Origin: Mobula hypostoma
Lineage: Eukaryota
Assembly: GCF_963921235.1 (NCBI RefSeq)
Contig: NC_086098.1
Location: forward strand, 2,108,001-2,172,000
Reading direction: 5' to 3'
Length of the DNA: 64,000 bases
The notes beneath the pieces were generated by a model. That model saw nothing but the letters and a program-made list of their open reading frames with translations, did not search any database and was not told the origin of the DNA. Both the position numbers and the translations under genes were made by a program. Below are positions 24,701 through 37,727 of this stretch, one piece after another. Each line of letters opens with the position of its first letter. The stretch's first letter is position 1.

Positions 24701-24975
24701 ACCTGTGGACACAGCCTCAGAATAGAAATTTCTTTAGCCAGAGAGTGGTGAATCTGTGTAATTCTTTGCCACAGGCAGTCTTGGAGGCCAAGTCTTTCTG
24801 AAGATTTAAGCCAGTGGTTGACAAATTCTTGATTGGTCAGGGCATAACATGATACAAGGAGAAGGGGGGAGACTGAGGCTGAGAGGAAAATTAGATCAGC
24901 CATGATGCACTGGCAGAGCAGACTCAATGAGCCTAATGGCCTAATTCTGCTTCTGTATCTACGGTTATGATCTAT
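21730..24975 (+). mobile_element. Degraded CR1 hosting two nested CR1s
   Basis: RT reading is continuous across the insert (EALVMIF|QESLDSG). Confidence 0.85.
22164..23539 (-). mobile_element. Nested CR1 (7-bp TSD) that itself contains a plus-strand CR1 3' end (about 22481-22844)
   Basis: atctttc at 22157-22163 and 23540-23546; ORF 23065..23526 with FADD. Confidence 0.88.
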
Positions 24976-25414
24976 GGACTCATCGTTCTGATTGGTTTGG
25001 CTGTCACGCTGTCCATTAGCCTCCACTCAGTCCCAGCCAACGACTTAGATGAGTAATCTTTGCTGGCCCGTATCCGTTGTTATCAGTCGTTATGAGCGTA
25101 GGTTCCTTGGATGTCTATGGCTCACTCTCACCCTGCACGAGACACTTGTAATGTTTTATTGCTGCTGGTTCACATATTCATACAACTGTTCGTTTCAATA
25201 CAATAGTGTCAGTAACATTATACTGTCTCACATAACCATACACCTCACATTTTCTGTCAACCTGTCAGTCGGCAGGCTATCCCACTCAAGGGTGTGCGAT
25301 AATGTTATTTTGAACTCTTTGTGCTGGATTGTAATTAGATATACTGTGTTGACTGTATGTACAGTCTTTTAAGACCACTAGACCTGTTAAAGGTTGAATG
25401 ACAATAAATGTAAA

Positions 25415-25675
25415 ATTGAACTGGAGGATACCAGAGCACCTAGACAATGACAGGAGAATATACAAACTCCTTATAGACAGATAAACCACAAGTGACAGGA
25501 GAATATACAAACTCCTTATAGACAGATAAACCACAAGTGACAGGAGAATATACAAACTCCTTATAGACAGAGGAATCCCACACAGTGACAAGAGAATATA
25601 CAAACTCCTTATAGACAGAAGCAGAAATTGAACCCTGATTGTATAGTTGGCGCTGTAAAGGGTTAGGCTACCATG
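25415..25675 (-). mobile_element. V-SINE with internal four-copy tandem amplification
   Basis: SINE head and V-domain flank four copies of tgacaggagaatatacaaactccttatagacag. Confidence 0.75.
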
Positions 25676-26714
25676 CCTCTACTCTTCCTGAACTTTTGAT
25701 CTTTTTTCACGATTAGAGTTTCTTATTCATGGGATCAGCTGCAACTCTGAAAAGTTGCCAACGAGCTGCCTCTTTGAAGCTCTACCTTGAATCCCAGGTA
25801 GATTGATTAGCTAGCTGCCTGCTCTCACCCCACTAAACCTAACCTCATGATGTCAGAGAACACTTGCACGGCCACAGACAGATACTATCTATTCACATAT
25901 CTTCAGTGCCAAATTATTTATTATTTATGCAGAACTGCCTGATGCGCAGACACTGCAGAATGAGAAAGAAATCACGCAAATCTTCAAAAGAGCTGTACAT
26001 CTTAAAAGGCCGTTTGAGGGCAATGGAAAAGAACTACAAGGCACCTTACTCATTTATTTAGTGCATCACAGATAGCGAGGTACAACTGCAAAGGTAGACT
26101 GAAAATAATAAGAGGACGGAAATAAATGTGTTCAGGACAGAGATATTCTTTTATTTGTTAATTGGTGAAGAACATACAGTAAATTAACTCCAGAGAAAAG
26201 AAAAAAAATAGAAATCCTTATTTATGAATTTTGTAAATTTTCTTACCCCCAGCCAAACAACTAAATTGCTACTTAGCATAAATTATTTATTAGCCCCTAG
26301 CTCAGAAGCATCCAGCACCAACCCCAGAGATATGGAGGATATTAAAGATTTAACACCAAGCTATGTAGTCACCGAGCCATGTTTCTTTCCAGAAGGCCCC
26401 ACTTTATTTTTCTGTAAATAAATGTGGCCTGAGATGCAGGGGAGGCGAGACTGTCTCCCAGTGGCCCTGCAGAGCACAGTGCACTGGCCACTACTTTGCT
26501 TTTGCTCAACCTGTCATCATAACTCAATGAACTCTGGTGTGATGGCACAGTGCACTACACAAACCGATGACAATCTGGCCCTGCCAACGTTAACCCTTTC
26601 ATTGGTAAATAGATATAATCATGTTTAACACATTCTCCTATTCATTTGCTTTAATCTACATTCACATTTATTTATCTATCCAAATGAATTATAAAAGAAA
26701 TGTAACGCTGAATA

Positions 26715-27140
26715 TATGAGGAGCATTTGATGGTTCTGGGCCTGTACTTGCTGGAGTTTAAAAGAATGAGGGGAGGATCTCATTGCAACCTGTCAAATAT
26801 CGAAAGGCTGAGATAGAGTGGATGTGGAGAGAGTGTTTCCTGTGGTGGGTGATTTTAGGATTAGAGGACACAATTTCACAATAGAAAGACATCCCTTTAG
26901 AATGGAGTTGAGAGGGAGTTTCTTTAGGCAGAGGGTGGTGAATCAGTGGAATTCCTAGCCATAGGAGTTGTGGAGGCAATGTCATTGGGCATATTTAAGG
27001 CAGAGGTTAGTCAGTGTGTCAAAGGCTATTAGGTAAATGCAGCAGAATGGGGTTGAAGGGGATAATAAATCAGCCATGATGGAATGGCACAGCAGACTTG
27101 AAGAGCAAATGGCCTAGTCCTGCTCCTCGGTTTTATTGTC
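26715..27140 (+). mobile_element. CR1 3' fragment
   Basis: ggcctgtacttgctggagttt...agggtggtgaat, shared with other CR1 3' ends. Confidence 0.8.
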
Positions 27141-27271
27141 TTTAATCAAAGATTTAGTGTGTGAGGTGCATTTGAGGCTTCATGTCCTGAGACAGTGAGC
27201 AAGGTTTACTATAATGCATGCAACTGAATCTTCAGTTATACAGCATGCTGCACAATGATCATATCCACCCA

Positions 27272-28465
27272 CTATCCCACCATCAAGTCCAGCCACAAGT
27301 GCTCAATTGGATTGAGGTCTGGGCTCTGACTTGGCCACTCCAGGACATTAACTTTGTTGTTTTTAAGACATTCCTGTGTGGCTTTATGCTTGGGGTCATT
27401 GTCTTGCTGGAAAACAAATTTTCTCCCAAGTTGCAGTTCTCTTGCAGACTGCATCAGGTTTTCCTCCAGGATTTCCCTGATTTTGCTGCATTCATTTTAC
27501 CCTCCACCTCACAAGCCTTTTAGGGCCTGCTTCAGTGAAACATCCCCATAGCATGATGCAGCCATCACCATGCTTCAGGGTAGGGATAGTGTGTTTTTGA
27601 TGATGTACAGTGTTTGGCTGATGCCAGACATAGTGTTTAGTCTGATGGCCAAAAAGTTCAATTTTGCTTTCATCAGACCATAGAAACTTCTTTCTGTTGA
27701 CTTCAGAGTCTCTCACATACCTTCTGACAATCCTAGCTGAGAATGTGTTTTTCACAACAGTGGCTTTCTCTTTGCCGCTCCCCCATAAAGATGTGACTGG
27801 TGAAGTATTCCAGTAACAGTTGTATGCTTAGTCCCATCTCACTGAAGCTTGTAACTCCTCCCTCACTAGTCCCCTTCTTGCATGATCACTCAGTTTTTGA
27901 GGACGGCCTGCTCTATGCAGATTTACTGTTGTGCCATATTCTTTCCATTTCTTGATGATTGACTTAACTGTAGTCGAAGGGATATTCAGTGACTTGGACA
28001 CTTTCTTGTATCCATCTCCTGACTGAAGCTTTTCAATAACCCTTTTGCATAGTTGCTTGGACTGTTTTTTGTCTTCATGGTGTAGTTTTTGCCAGGATAC
28101 TGACTCACCAGCAGTTGGACCTTCCAGATACAAGTCTATTTCACTACAATCAATTGAAACACTTGGACTGCAGAAAGGTCTCCAATTATGTGACTTCTAA
28201 AAGCAATTGACTGCACCAGTGATGATTTGGTGTGTTAAATTAAAGTGTGGGGGGGTGTTGAATATTTATGCAATCAATTATTTTATGCTTTATATTTATA
28301 ATTAATTTAGATCACTTTGTAGGGATCTGTTTACACATTGACACAAAAAAATCTTTTTCTGTTGATCAGTGTCATAAAAGCCAACTTAAATCCACTGTGA
28401 TTCAATGTTGTAAAACAATAAAACATGAAAATATCCAAGGGGGTGAGTACTTCTTATGGGCACTG
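27272..28465 (-). mobile_element. Tc1-like transposon, degraded, one end missing
   Basis: [43 protein letters not shown]; terminus CACTG|TA at 28461-28467. Confidence 0.92.
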
Positions 28466-28837
28466 TATAGCTAGGGTGTCTTTGTCCTTTGCACAGTATC
28501 TTAGCAATGTTACTTATTGCACTGTACCGCTGCCATTCTCTATGGTGGAATGAGGGTGGGAAGCAGAAGGAAGAGGGGAATCATGTTTGGGAAAAGGAGA
28601 AGGGAGAGGGAAGGGAGCAGGATGCACGAGAGGGACGTCCTGTAATGGTCTTCTTTGGAATCAATTGGCTTTGCCTCATGTCTCAAGGCTGGGCGTGTGT
28701 GCACCCATGCCAACCTCCTGCCCCGACCCTTCCTCTCGACCACTTGTCCCACATCTCTACCATGGTGCTCCACCCTCGCCATTTCCAACATTCTTTGCTC
28801 CCACCAGATTTACAAACTCACTCTCGATATACTGTAC

Positions 28838-29213
28838 GTGTGGTGTGTGAAAGAGAGAGAATGTGAATGTGTGTGTGAGTATGAGTGTGTGTATGAGTGT
28901 GTGTGAGTGTGAGAGTGGGTGTATGTGTGTGTGAGAGTGTGAGTATGAGTGTGTGTGTCTGAGTGTGAGTGGTATGTGTGAGTGGGTTGTGTGTGTGAGT
29001 CTAAGTGTGCGTGACTGCAAGTGTGAGTGTGAATGTGTGGGGTGTGAGTGTATGTGATTGTATGTGTGAGTGTGAGCGTGTGTGCAAGTGTGTGAGAGTT
29101 TGTGTGTGTAAGTATATGTAGGTGTGTGAGTGTGAGTGTGTGTGTATGTGCGTGTGTGTGTGGGTGTATGAGTGTGTATGAGTGTGGGTGTGCATGTGTG
29201 TGAGAATGTGTGA
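28838..29213. repeat. Imperfect (TG)n/(GAGT)n microsatellite
   Basis: Read directly from the sequence. Confidence 0.95.
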
Positions 29214-29254
29214 TGCCCTGAGCTTTAATAGTGTTGCACTAGCCACTACGTAGC

Positions 29255-29760
29255 CGTGGTGTCCATATTTAAGAAAGAATGTGCTGACATTGGAGAACTT
29301 CACGAGAATGATTCTAAGAAAAGGGTTAATGTGTGATGAGCGATTGATGGCTCTGAGCCTGTACTCACTGGAGTTTAGAAGAATGAGGGAGGATCTCATT
29401 GGAACTATCAAATATTGAAAGGTTTAGATACAGTGGATGTGGAGAAGATGTTTTCTGTGGTGGGGGAGTCTAGGACCAAAGGGCACAGGCTCACAATAGA
29501 GGGAAGTCCATTTAGAACAGAGAATTTCTTTAGCTAGGGTGCTGTGAATCTGTAGAATTCATTGCCATGGATGGCTGTGGAGGCCAAGTCATTGGGTAAG
29601 TTTAAAGTGGAGGTTGAAAGCTTCTTGATTTATCAGGGTGTCACACGTTACGGAGAAGAGGCAGGCGAACGGGGCTCTGAGGGTTAATAAATCAGCCATG
29701 ATTGAACAGAGGAGTAGGCTCAGAGGGCAAAATGGTCTTGTTCTGCTCCTATCTGTTGTG
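29255..29760 (+). mobile_element. CR1 3' fragment
   Basis: ctgtactcactggagtttagaagaatgaggg motif and downstream CR1 3' sequence. Confidence 0.8.
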
Positions 29761-30528
29761 ACTTACACCATTTGGATAAATTATTTGCTAAAATTACCAG
29801 ATATTGTTTCCAGGATTAAAACTATGTTCCCTGGCTACTGAGCAAGAGCAGAACAATGCAGAGGCCCACCTTCCTTCATTCAGTCAGGCCAGGTCACCCA
29901 CATGCCAGACAGACTGACATGAATTGTCCTTCACCTACTGAATAAGGACAATCACTTCGGTGTGCATCCAAACAAGAGGTGGAGTTTGACTACATATATT
30001 AATGATTGATAATTTAATTGTTTTACATTCTCTCATTAGAGCAGTTCAATCACATTTTGTGCTCTAACCTATTTCCTAAATTCTTAAAAATATTACAAAG
30101 TAATTGGGACTATAATCCAAAACTAGTTGCCTTTCAGGATGAAGGGAGGCCTGACGTGTAACTTCCTAAATGAAATGAAGACCTTATTGGTCATATTTAT
30201 ATAGTCTGTCAGCCCACAGACAGCAGCCGCTTTTATGTCAAAATGCAGCCAGTAGCAGAAATTGGACAAACACTCTGGGGACATTTTATTAGGCACCTCT
30301 TTTATCTACTAAAGTGGGCACCAAGTGTATGTTTGTGGTCAGTGTTAAGTGTGACAGTTACTTTTGTGTACACATACAGCCACTAGCAGTATCATATTCT
30401 CTCTTTCAATGACAAAATAATATTTTGGCTGACAGACTGACTGGTCTGCACTCACCAAGGAAATACATGAGGACAGACAGCTGAAGGGACAGAGAAAATC
30501 AAACATTTTCAAAGACTATGACAGGAAA

Positions 30529-30534
30529 AGATAG

Positions 30535-30603
<69 letters not shown>
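30529..30603. repeat. Compound (AGAT)n(AG)n microsatellite
   Basis: Read directly from the sequence. Confidence 0.97.
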
Positions 30604-30607
<4 letters not shown>

Positions 30608-33515
30608 CAAAAAGACAGGCAGGAAGGATAGGCGGTGGTGTGGCTCTGCTGATAAAAGATGGAATTACATCTTTAGAAAGAGGTGACATAGGGTCAGAGA
30701 ATGTTGAAGCTTTGTGGGTGGAGTTAAGAAACTGCAAGGGTAAAAAAAACAATTTATAGGAATCATATGTAGACCTCCAAATAGTAGCCAAGGTGTGGGG
30801 TTGAGATTGCAAAGGGGGCTGGAAAAGGCATGTAATAAGTGTTGGTCAGCTTGGTATAATCGCCAGCTTGGTATCAGCTCATCCTTCTGCAATTGGACCT
30901 TGGACTTTCTGACTAACAGACCCCAATCTGTTAAGTTACACAACCTCTCCTCCTCCACTCTCACCCTGAACACCGGCGTGCCGCAAGGCTGTGTGTTGAG
31001 CCCTGGTTTGTACTCCCCTTTCACCTATGACTGCGTTCCTGTACGTGGTTCTAATTCCATAATCAGGTTTGTAGACAACACCATAGTGGTTGGCCTGATC
31101 AGAGGGGATGACGAGACGCCTACAGGGATGAGGTCCAGCACCTGGTCGCGTGGTGTGCCGACAACAACTTGGCCCTTAACACCCAGAAGACCAAGGAGAT
31201 CATTGTGGACTTCAGGCATGCCAGGAGTCACACTCACGTCCCCATCTACATCAACGGAGCTGTAGTTGAGCGTGCATCAAATTTCAAATTCCTTGGTGTC
31301 CACATTTCCGATGATCTCACCTGGTCCCTGAACTCCTCCATCCTGATCAAAAAGGCGCAACAGTGCCTTTATTTCCTGCGGAGCGTGAATAAAGCTCACT
31401 TCTGTCCCAGGATACTGACGGACTTTTACCGCTGTACCATTGAGAGCATACTCACCAACTGCATCTCAGTGTGGTATGGCAATTGTCCCGTATCGGACCG
31501 CAAAGCACTCCAGCGTGCGGTGAAAACTGCCCAGCGGATTATCGGCACCCGATTGCCCACCATTGAGAACATCTACCATAAACGCTGCCTGGGCAGGGCG
31601 AAAAGCATAATCAAGGATGCATCTCACCCTAACCATGAACTTTTTACTCTCCTCCCATCCGGCAGGCGCTACAGGAGCCTCCGCTCCCGCACCAGCAGGC
31701 ACAGGAAGAGCTTCTTCCCTGAGGCTGTGACCCTGCTGAACCTCACATCACAGTGCTAAGCAGTATTGCACCCATATTGTACTGTCTCAGTACTTTTATA
31801 TTTGTGTGCTGTAGCACTTACTTTTTATTCACAGTTATTTTGTAAATAACACTATTCTTTGCACTTCTGATCAGAGGGTAACTGCATTTCATTGGCTTTG
31901 TATCTGTACTCGACACAATGACAATAAAGTTGAATCTAATCTAATCTAATTTGTAATGAGGGACTTCAATATGCAAGGGGATTGGGGAAATTAGGTTGGT
32001 GTTGGATCGCAAGAGAGAGAATTTGTTGAATGCCTACCAGATGGCTTTTTAAAGCAAATTGTGTTTGAGCCTACTAGGGGAAAGGTTATCTTAGATTGGG
32101 TGTTGTGTAATAACCCAGATCTTATTAGGGAGCTTGACTTAAAGAAATCCTTAAGAGACAGTGATCATAATATGATTGAATTCATACTGCAATTTGAGAG
32201 GGAGAAGCATAAGTCACATGTATCATTATCACAATGAAATAAGGTGAATTACAGAGGCATGAGAGAAGAGCTTGCCCAGGTGGATTGGAGGAGGATACTG
32301 GCAGGGATGACGGCAGAGGTGGCTAATATTTCTAAGGATAGTTCACAAGGTGCAGGTAGATATGTTCAACGGAAGACGAAGTTCTCAAATGGCAGGGGTA
32401 GGCAACTGTGGCTGACAAACGATATTAAGGACTGCATAAAAGCCAAAGAAAGGGCATTTTTCAGAAGGCATTTGATAAGGTGCCACGCATGAGGCTGCTT
32501 AACAAGATAAAATCCTTTGGCATTACAGGAAAAATACTGGCATGGATAGAGGAACAGCGGACAGACGGGGGGCAGTGAGTAGGAATAAAGGGGCCTTTTT
32601 CTGGTTGGTTGCCAGTGAATTGTGGTGTTCCTCTGTGGTTCCACATTGTTTGTCAGTGATTTAGATGATGGAATTAATGGCTTGTGGCGAATTATGTGGA
32701 TGATATGAAGATAGGTGGAGGAGCAGGTAGTTTTGAGGAAGCAATGTGATTGCAGCAGGACTTAGACAAGTTGGAAGAATGGGCAAAAAGTGGGGAGAAA
32801 ATTCAAACATCACTGGTGCAAAGGGAGTTAGGAGTCCTCATGCAAGAAGTTTATCTTACAGGTTGAGTCTGGAATAAAAAATGCAAATGCAACGTTGGCA
32901 TTTATTTCAAGGAGATAATGATGAGGCTTTATAAGACACTAGTCAGGCTGCACTTGAAGTATTGTCAATAGTTTTATGCCTGATATCTCAGAAAGGATAT
33001 ATTGTCATTGGAGAGAGTCCAGAGGAGGATCACGAGGATGATTCCAGCAATGAAGGGGTTAACAGATGAGGAACGTTTGGAAGCTGTGGGCTTGTATTCA
33101 CTGGAAGTTAGAAGAATTACGAGGGTTCTCTTTGAAAGCTACTGAATGTTGAATGAACTCAATAAGGTGGAGGTGGAGAGGATGTTTGCTACGGTGGTCG
33201 TATCAAGAACCAGAAGGCACAGCCTCAGAATTGAGGGGTGACCATTTTGAACCGAGGTAAGGAGGGAACTTTTCAGCCAGAGTAGTGAATCTGTGGAATG
33301 CTCTGCCGCAGACTGTGGTGGAGAACATGTCTGCGGGCATATTTAAGGCAGAAGTTAATCATTTCCCGGTTGGCCAAGGCATCAAAGCATATGGTGATAA
33401 GGAAGGTGTATGGGGTTGAGTGGGATCCGGGATCAGCCATGATGGAATGGTGGAGCAGAATCGATGGGCTGAATAGCCAAATTCTGCTCCTATGTCTTTT
33501 GGTCTTATGTTCTTA
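30604..33515 (+). mobile_element. Degraded CR1 ORF2 (APE to 3' end, internally deleted) interrupted by Rex1
   Basis: GGGVALLI and EALWVEL APE motifs; the CR1 resumes at about 31951. Confidence 0.82.
30840..31950 (+). mobile_element. Young 5'-truncated Rex1/Babar LINE
   Basis: [11 protein letters not shown] (30795..31265); [14 protein letters not shown] and HPNHELFTLLPSGRRYRS (31169..31759); aataaa plus (ctaat)n tail. Confidence 0.92.
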
Positions 33516-34721
33516 TAACATAGGAGCTCAATTAGGCCATTTGGCCCATCCAGTCTTCTCTGCCTTCCATACATGGCACCCCAGCACCGGGTTCAAGAAC
33601 AGTTGCTACCCTTCCGCCATCAGGCTCTTGAACAAAAAGGATAGTTAAACTCACTTAAGGATTCTGTTATTTTGTTATTTCTTTCTCGTTATTTATTGCT
33701 CTTTATTTGTATCTGTATTTGCAGTTTGTCTGCAGTTAATGGTTCCTGATGTTTACAGTTTACAGTTACTGTTCTATAAATTTGTGAAGTATGCCCACAG
33801 AAAAAGAACCTCAGTGTTGTATGTGGTGACATGTATGTACTCTGATAATAAATTTTACTTTGAACTTTGAATATTCTCTCTTCTCAGCCCCCCGTTAAAC
33901 TGAAGATACAAAAGCCTGAAGGCTTGTAACACTAGGCACAAGGAATACTTCTACCCCACTGTTATCAGACCACTGAATGGTTCCATGGTACGATACGGTG
34001 AGCTCTTGACCTCACTTTCTAAGTCATTATGACCTGCACTGCACTTCCTCTGTCGCTGTTACACTTCATTCTGCCTTCTGCTTTGTTTTACTTTATTCCA
34101 GCTCAATCCACAGTGCAATGATCTGGCCCGTGTGAACAGTAGGCAATACAAGGCTTTCACTGTATCTCGGTACATGTGACGATGATAAACCAGTACCAAA
34201 AAACTGAAAATAAGCATCAAATATAAAAGTGAAGTATTTTTAAGTCTGTTGTAGCATGACATACAATGTGATTTCTGCTTAAATTGAATTTGAACTGAAT
34301 TGACTTCATTTCTTACATCCTTCAAATACATGAGTAAAAATCTTAACGTTACGTCTCCATCTAAATGTGCAATGCTCAAAATAAATTTATTATCATAGTG
34401 TATCTACGTTACCATATAATAGCTTGAGATTTATTTTCTTGCAGGCATTTACAGAAAGAAAGAAGGATATACTGGCTTTGGAGACAGTACGGAGGAGGTT
34501 CAATAGGTTTCAATAGGTACATTTAATGTCAGAGAAATGTATACAATATACATCCTAAAACTTCTTTCTTCGCAAACATCCACAAAAACAGAGGAGTGCC
34601 CCAAAGAATGAAGGATGGGTAGATGTTAAAACCCCAAAGCCCCGCTCCCAGTTCACCTTCCCTCCTGTGCGTAAGTGGCAGCAAGCAATGATCCCCCTGA
34701 CACCCACCTGCAAAAAGTGTC

Positions 34722-36730
34722 AGATGAGGAATGTGGTAGTCATAGGGGATTCCATAGTGAGGGGAACAGACAGAAGGTTCTGTCAGCCTGATAGAGATAC
34801 CCGCATGGTGTGTTGCCTCCCAGGTGCCAGGGTACGGGATGTCTCGGATCAGGTGCAGAGTATTCTGAAGGGAGAGGATGAACAGCCAGAAGTCTTGGTA
34901 CACTCTTTTACCCTTTTTAAGTATATAAAGGGTAAAAGAGAGTTGAGGGTAGATATAGCACCAATCGAAAATGACGCTGAAGATATTGTAATGAGAGATG
35001 CAGAGATGGCAGAGGAACTGAATGCATATTTTGCATCAGTTTTCACAGTGGAAGACATCTGCAGTATACTGGACATTCATGAATGTAAGGGATGTGAAGT
35101 ATGTGCAGTGAAATTACAACAGAGAAGGTGCTCAGGAAGCTTAATGGTCTGAGGGTGGATAAATCTCCTGGACCTGATATAATGTATCCTTGGGTTCTGA
35201 AGGAAGTAGCTGGAGAGATTGCGGAGGCATTAACAATGATCTTTCAAAAATCAATGGATTCCGGCATTGTAGCAGATGACTGGAAAATTGCAAATGTTAC
35301 TCCGCTATTTAAGAAGGGTGGGAGGCAGCAGAAAGGAAACTATAGAACTGTTAGCCTGACATCAGTGGTTGGGAAGTTGTTGGAATCGATTGTTAGGGAC
35401 AAGATTACGGAGTACCTGGAGGCACTTGACAAGATAGGCCAAAGCCATCACGGTTTCCTGAAAGGAAAATCCTGCCTGACAAACCTACTGCAATTTTTTG
35501 AAGAAATTACAAGCAGGGTAGACAATGAAGATGCAGTAGATGTGGTGTACTTGGATTTTCAGAAGGCCTTTGACAAGGTGCTGCACATGAGGCTGCTTAG
35601 CAAGATAAGAGCCCATGAAATTACAGGGGAGTTACTGGCATGGGCTGATCAGCAGAAAACAGAGACTGGGAATAAAGGGATCCTATTCTGGCTGGCTGCT
35701 GGTTACCAGTGGAGTTTCACAGGGATTGGTTTTGGGACCACTGCTTTTTATGATGTATGTCAATGATTTGGACTATGGGATTAATGGAATTGTGGCAAAA
35801 TTTGCCAATGATACAAAGATAGGTGGAGGAGTGGGTAGTGTTGAGGAAACAGACAGTCTGTAGAGAGACTGAAGTAGCTTAGGGGAATGGGCAAAGAAGT
35901 GGCAAATGAAATACAATGTTGGAAAATGGATGGTAATGCACTTTGGTGGAAGAAATAAATGGGCAGACTATTATTAGTTGGGGAGAGAATTCAAAATGCA
36001 GAGTGCAAAGGGACTTAGGAGTCCTTGTGCAGAATACCCTAAAGGTTAACCTCCAGGCTGAGTTGGTGGTGAAGAAGGTGAATGCAATGTTAGCATTCAT
36101 TTCTAGAGGTATAGAATATAAGAGTAGGGATGTGATGTTGAGGTTTGATAAGGCACTCATGAGACCACACTTGGAGTATTGTGTGCAGTTCTGGGCTCCT
36201 TATTTTAGGAAGGATATACTGACATCGGAGAGGGTTCAGAGAAGATTCACGAGATTGATTCCAGGATTGAAAGGGTTACGAATGAGGAACATCTGTCAGC
36301 TCTTGGGCTGTATTCCCTGGAGTGCAGGAGAATGAAGGGGGATCTGATAGAAATATTCCGAATGTTAAAAGGCCTGAACAGATTAAATATGGCAAAGTTA
36401 TTTCCCATGGTAGGGAAGTCTAAGACAAGAGGGCACGACTTCAGGATTGAAGGACATCCATTTTGAACAGAGATGTGGAGGAATTACTTTTGTAAGAGGT
36501 TGGTAAATCTGTGGAATTTGTTGCCACGAGCAGCTGTGGAGGCCAAGTCATTGGGTGCATTTAAGGCAGAGATAGATATGTTCTTGATTTATCAAGGCAT
36601 CAAAGGGTGTGGGGAGAAGGCAGGGGAAATGGGGATGACTGGACGAATTGGATCAGCCCATGATTGAATGCAGGAGCAGACTCGATGGGCTGAATGGCCT
36701 ACTTCTGCTCCTATATCTTATAGTCTTATA
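34722..36730 (+). mobile_element. CR1 with ORF1 esterase fragment abutting mid-ORF2
   Basis: ORF 34667..35152 joins GDSIVRG...CCLPGARVRDV to FKYIKGKR; RT ORFs 35101-36335. Confidence 0.88.
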
Positions 36731-37727
36731 GCACCCACCATCGAACACTTAAGCATGCAGCAAAGCATCAATAAAGACACAGACTTGCAGTACCCCAAAG
36801 ACTACTCGTTCACCTGGTATTCGACATACCAAAGGCTCTTGCTCTCCATAATAAAGGAAAAGGAGGTGTCCCCTTTTCATAGTTTGATTCCAGAGATGAG
36901 GGTTTTATACTATCAGGACAGATTGAGTTGCCTGGGACTGCACTCACTGGAATTCAGAAGAAGGAGAGGAGATCTTATAGAAACATAAAATTATGAAGGT
37001 GATAGATAAGATAGAGTCAGGATTGTTGATTCCACTGCTAGGTGAGACTAGAAATATGGAAAATTGCATCAGAATTCGGGGGAGTATATTTAGGACAGAG
37101 ATGAGGAGGTACTGCTTTTCCCAGAGAGTAGTGAATCTATGGAATTCTCTGCCCAGTGAAGCAGTGGAGGGTTCCTCAGTAAATAGATTTTTACATAGTA
37201 GAGGAATTAATTGGATCAGCCCATGATTGAATGGTGGAGCAGATTCGATGGGCCAAATGGCCTACTTCTGCTCCCATATCTGATGGTCTTCCGGTCTAAT
37301 TAAGGGTTATGGAGAAAAAGCAGGTAGCTGGAGATGAGTCCATGGCCAGATTCGCCATGATCTTTTTAAAGGGACTGCAGACCGGAAGGGCCAGATGGCC
37401 GACTCTTGCTCCTACTTCTTATGTTCTTAAATTGTGAAAAGCTATACATAGATAAAGACTGACCAAGCAGTTTTGGATTTGGAGGCATAGAACACTACAG
37501 CGCAGAAACAGGCCCTTTTGCCAGTCTAGTCTGTGCCAGATCTTCCAAATTGCATTGACCTGCACCTGGACCATATCCCTCCTTTTCATGTACCCTACCA
37601 AATTTCTCTTAAATGTTGAAATCGAACCCACATCCACTACTAATTCTGCTGGCAGAATTTCACACTCATTCCACACTCTTACACCCTCTGACAGAAGAAG
37701 TTTCCCCTCATGTTCCCCTTAAACATT

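Noticed and set aside
24978..25412. Possible additional LTR-element remnant
   Set aside because: Only a vague resemblance; no TSD, PPT or clear protein motif
25448..25618. CRISPR array
   Set aside because: Spacers are only 12-15 nt and two are identical, the repeat derives from a SINE, there are no cas genes, and the context is eukaryotic
28536..28830. Purine-rich then pyrimidine-rich segment, possible element or long hairpin
   Set aside because: I could not define exact pairing, termini or a TSD; probably an unclassified repeat
28757..29411. His/Thr-rich proteins
   Set aside because: Translation artefacts of the (CA)n microsatellite
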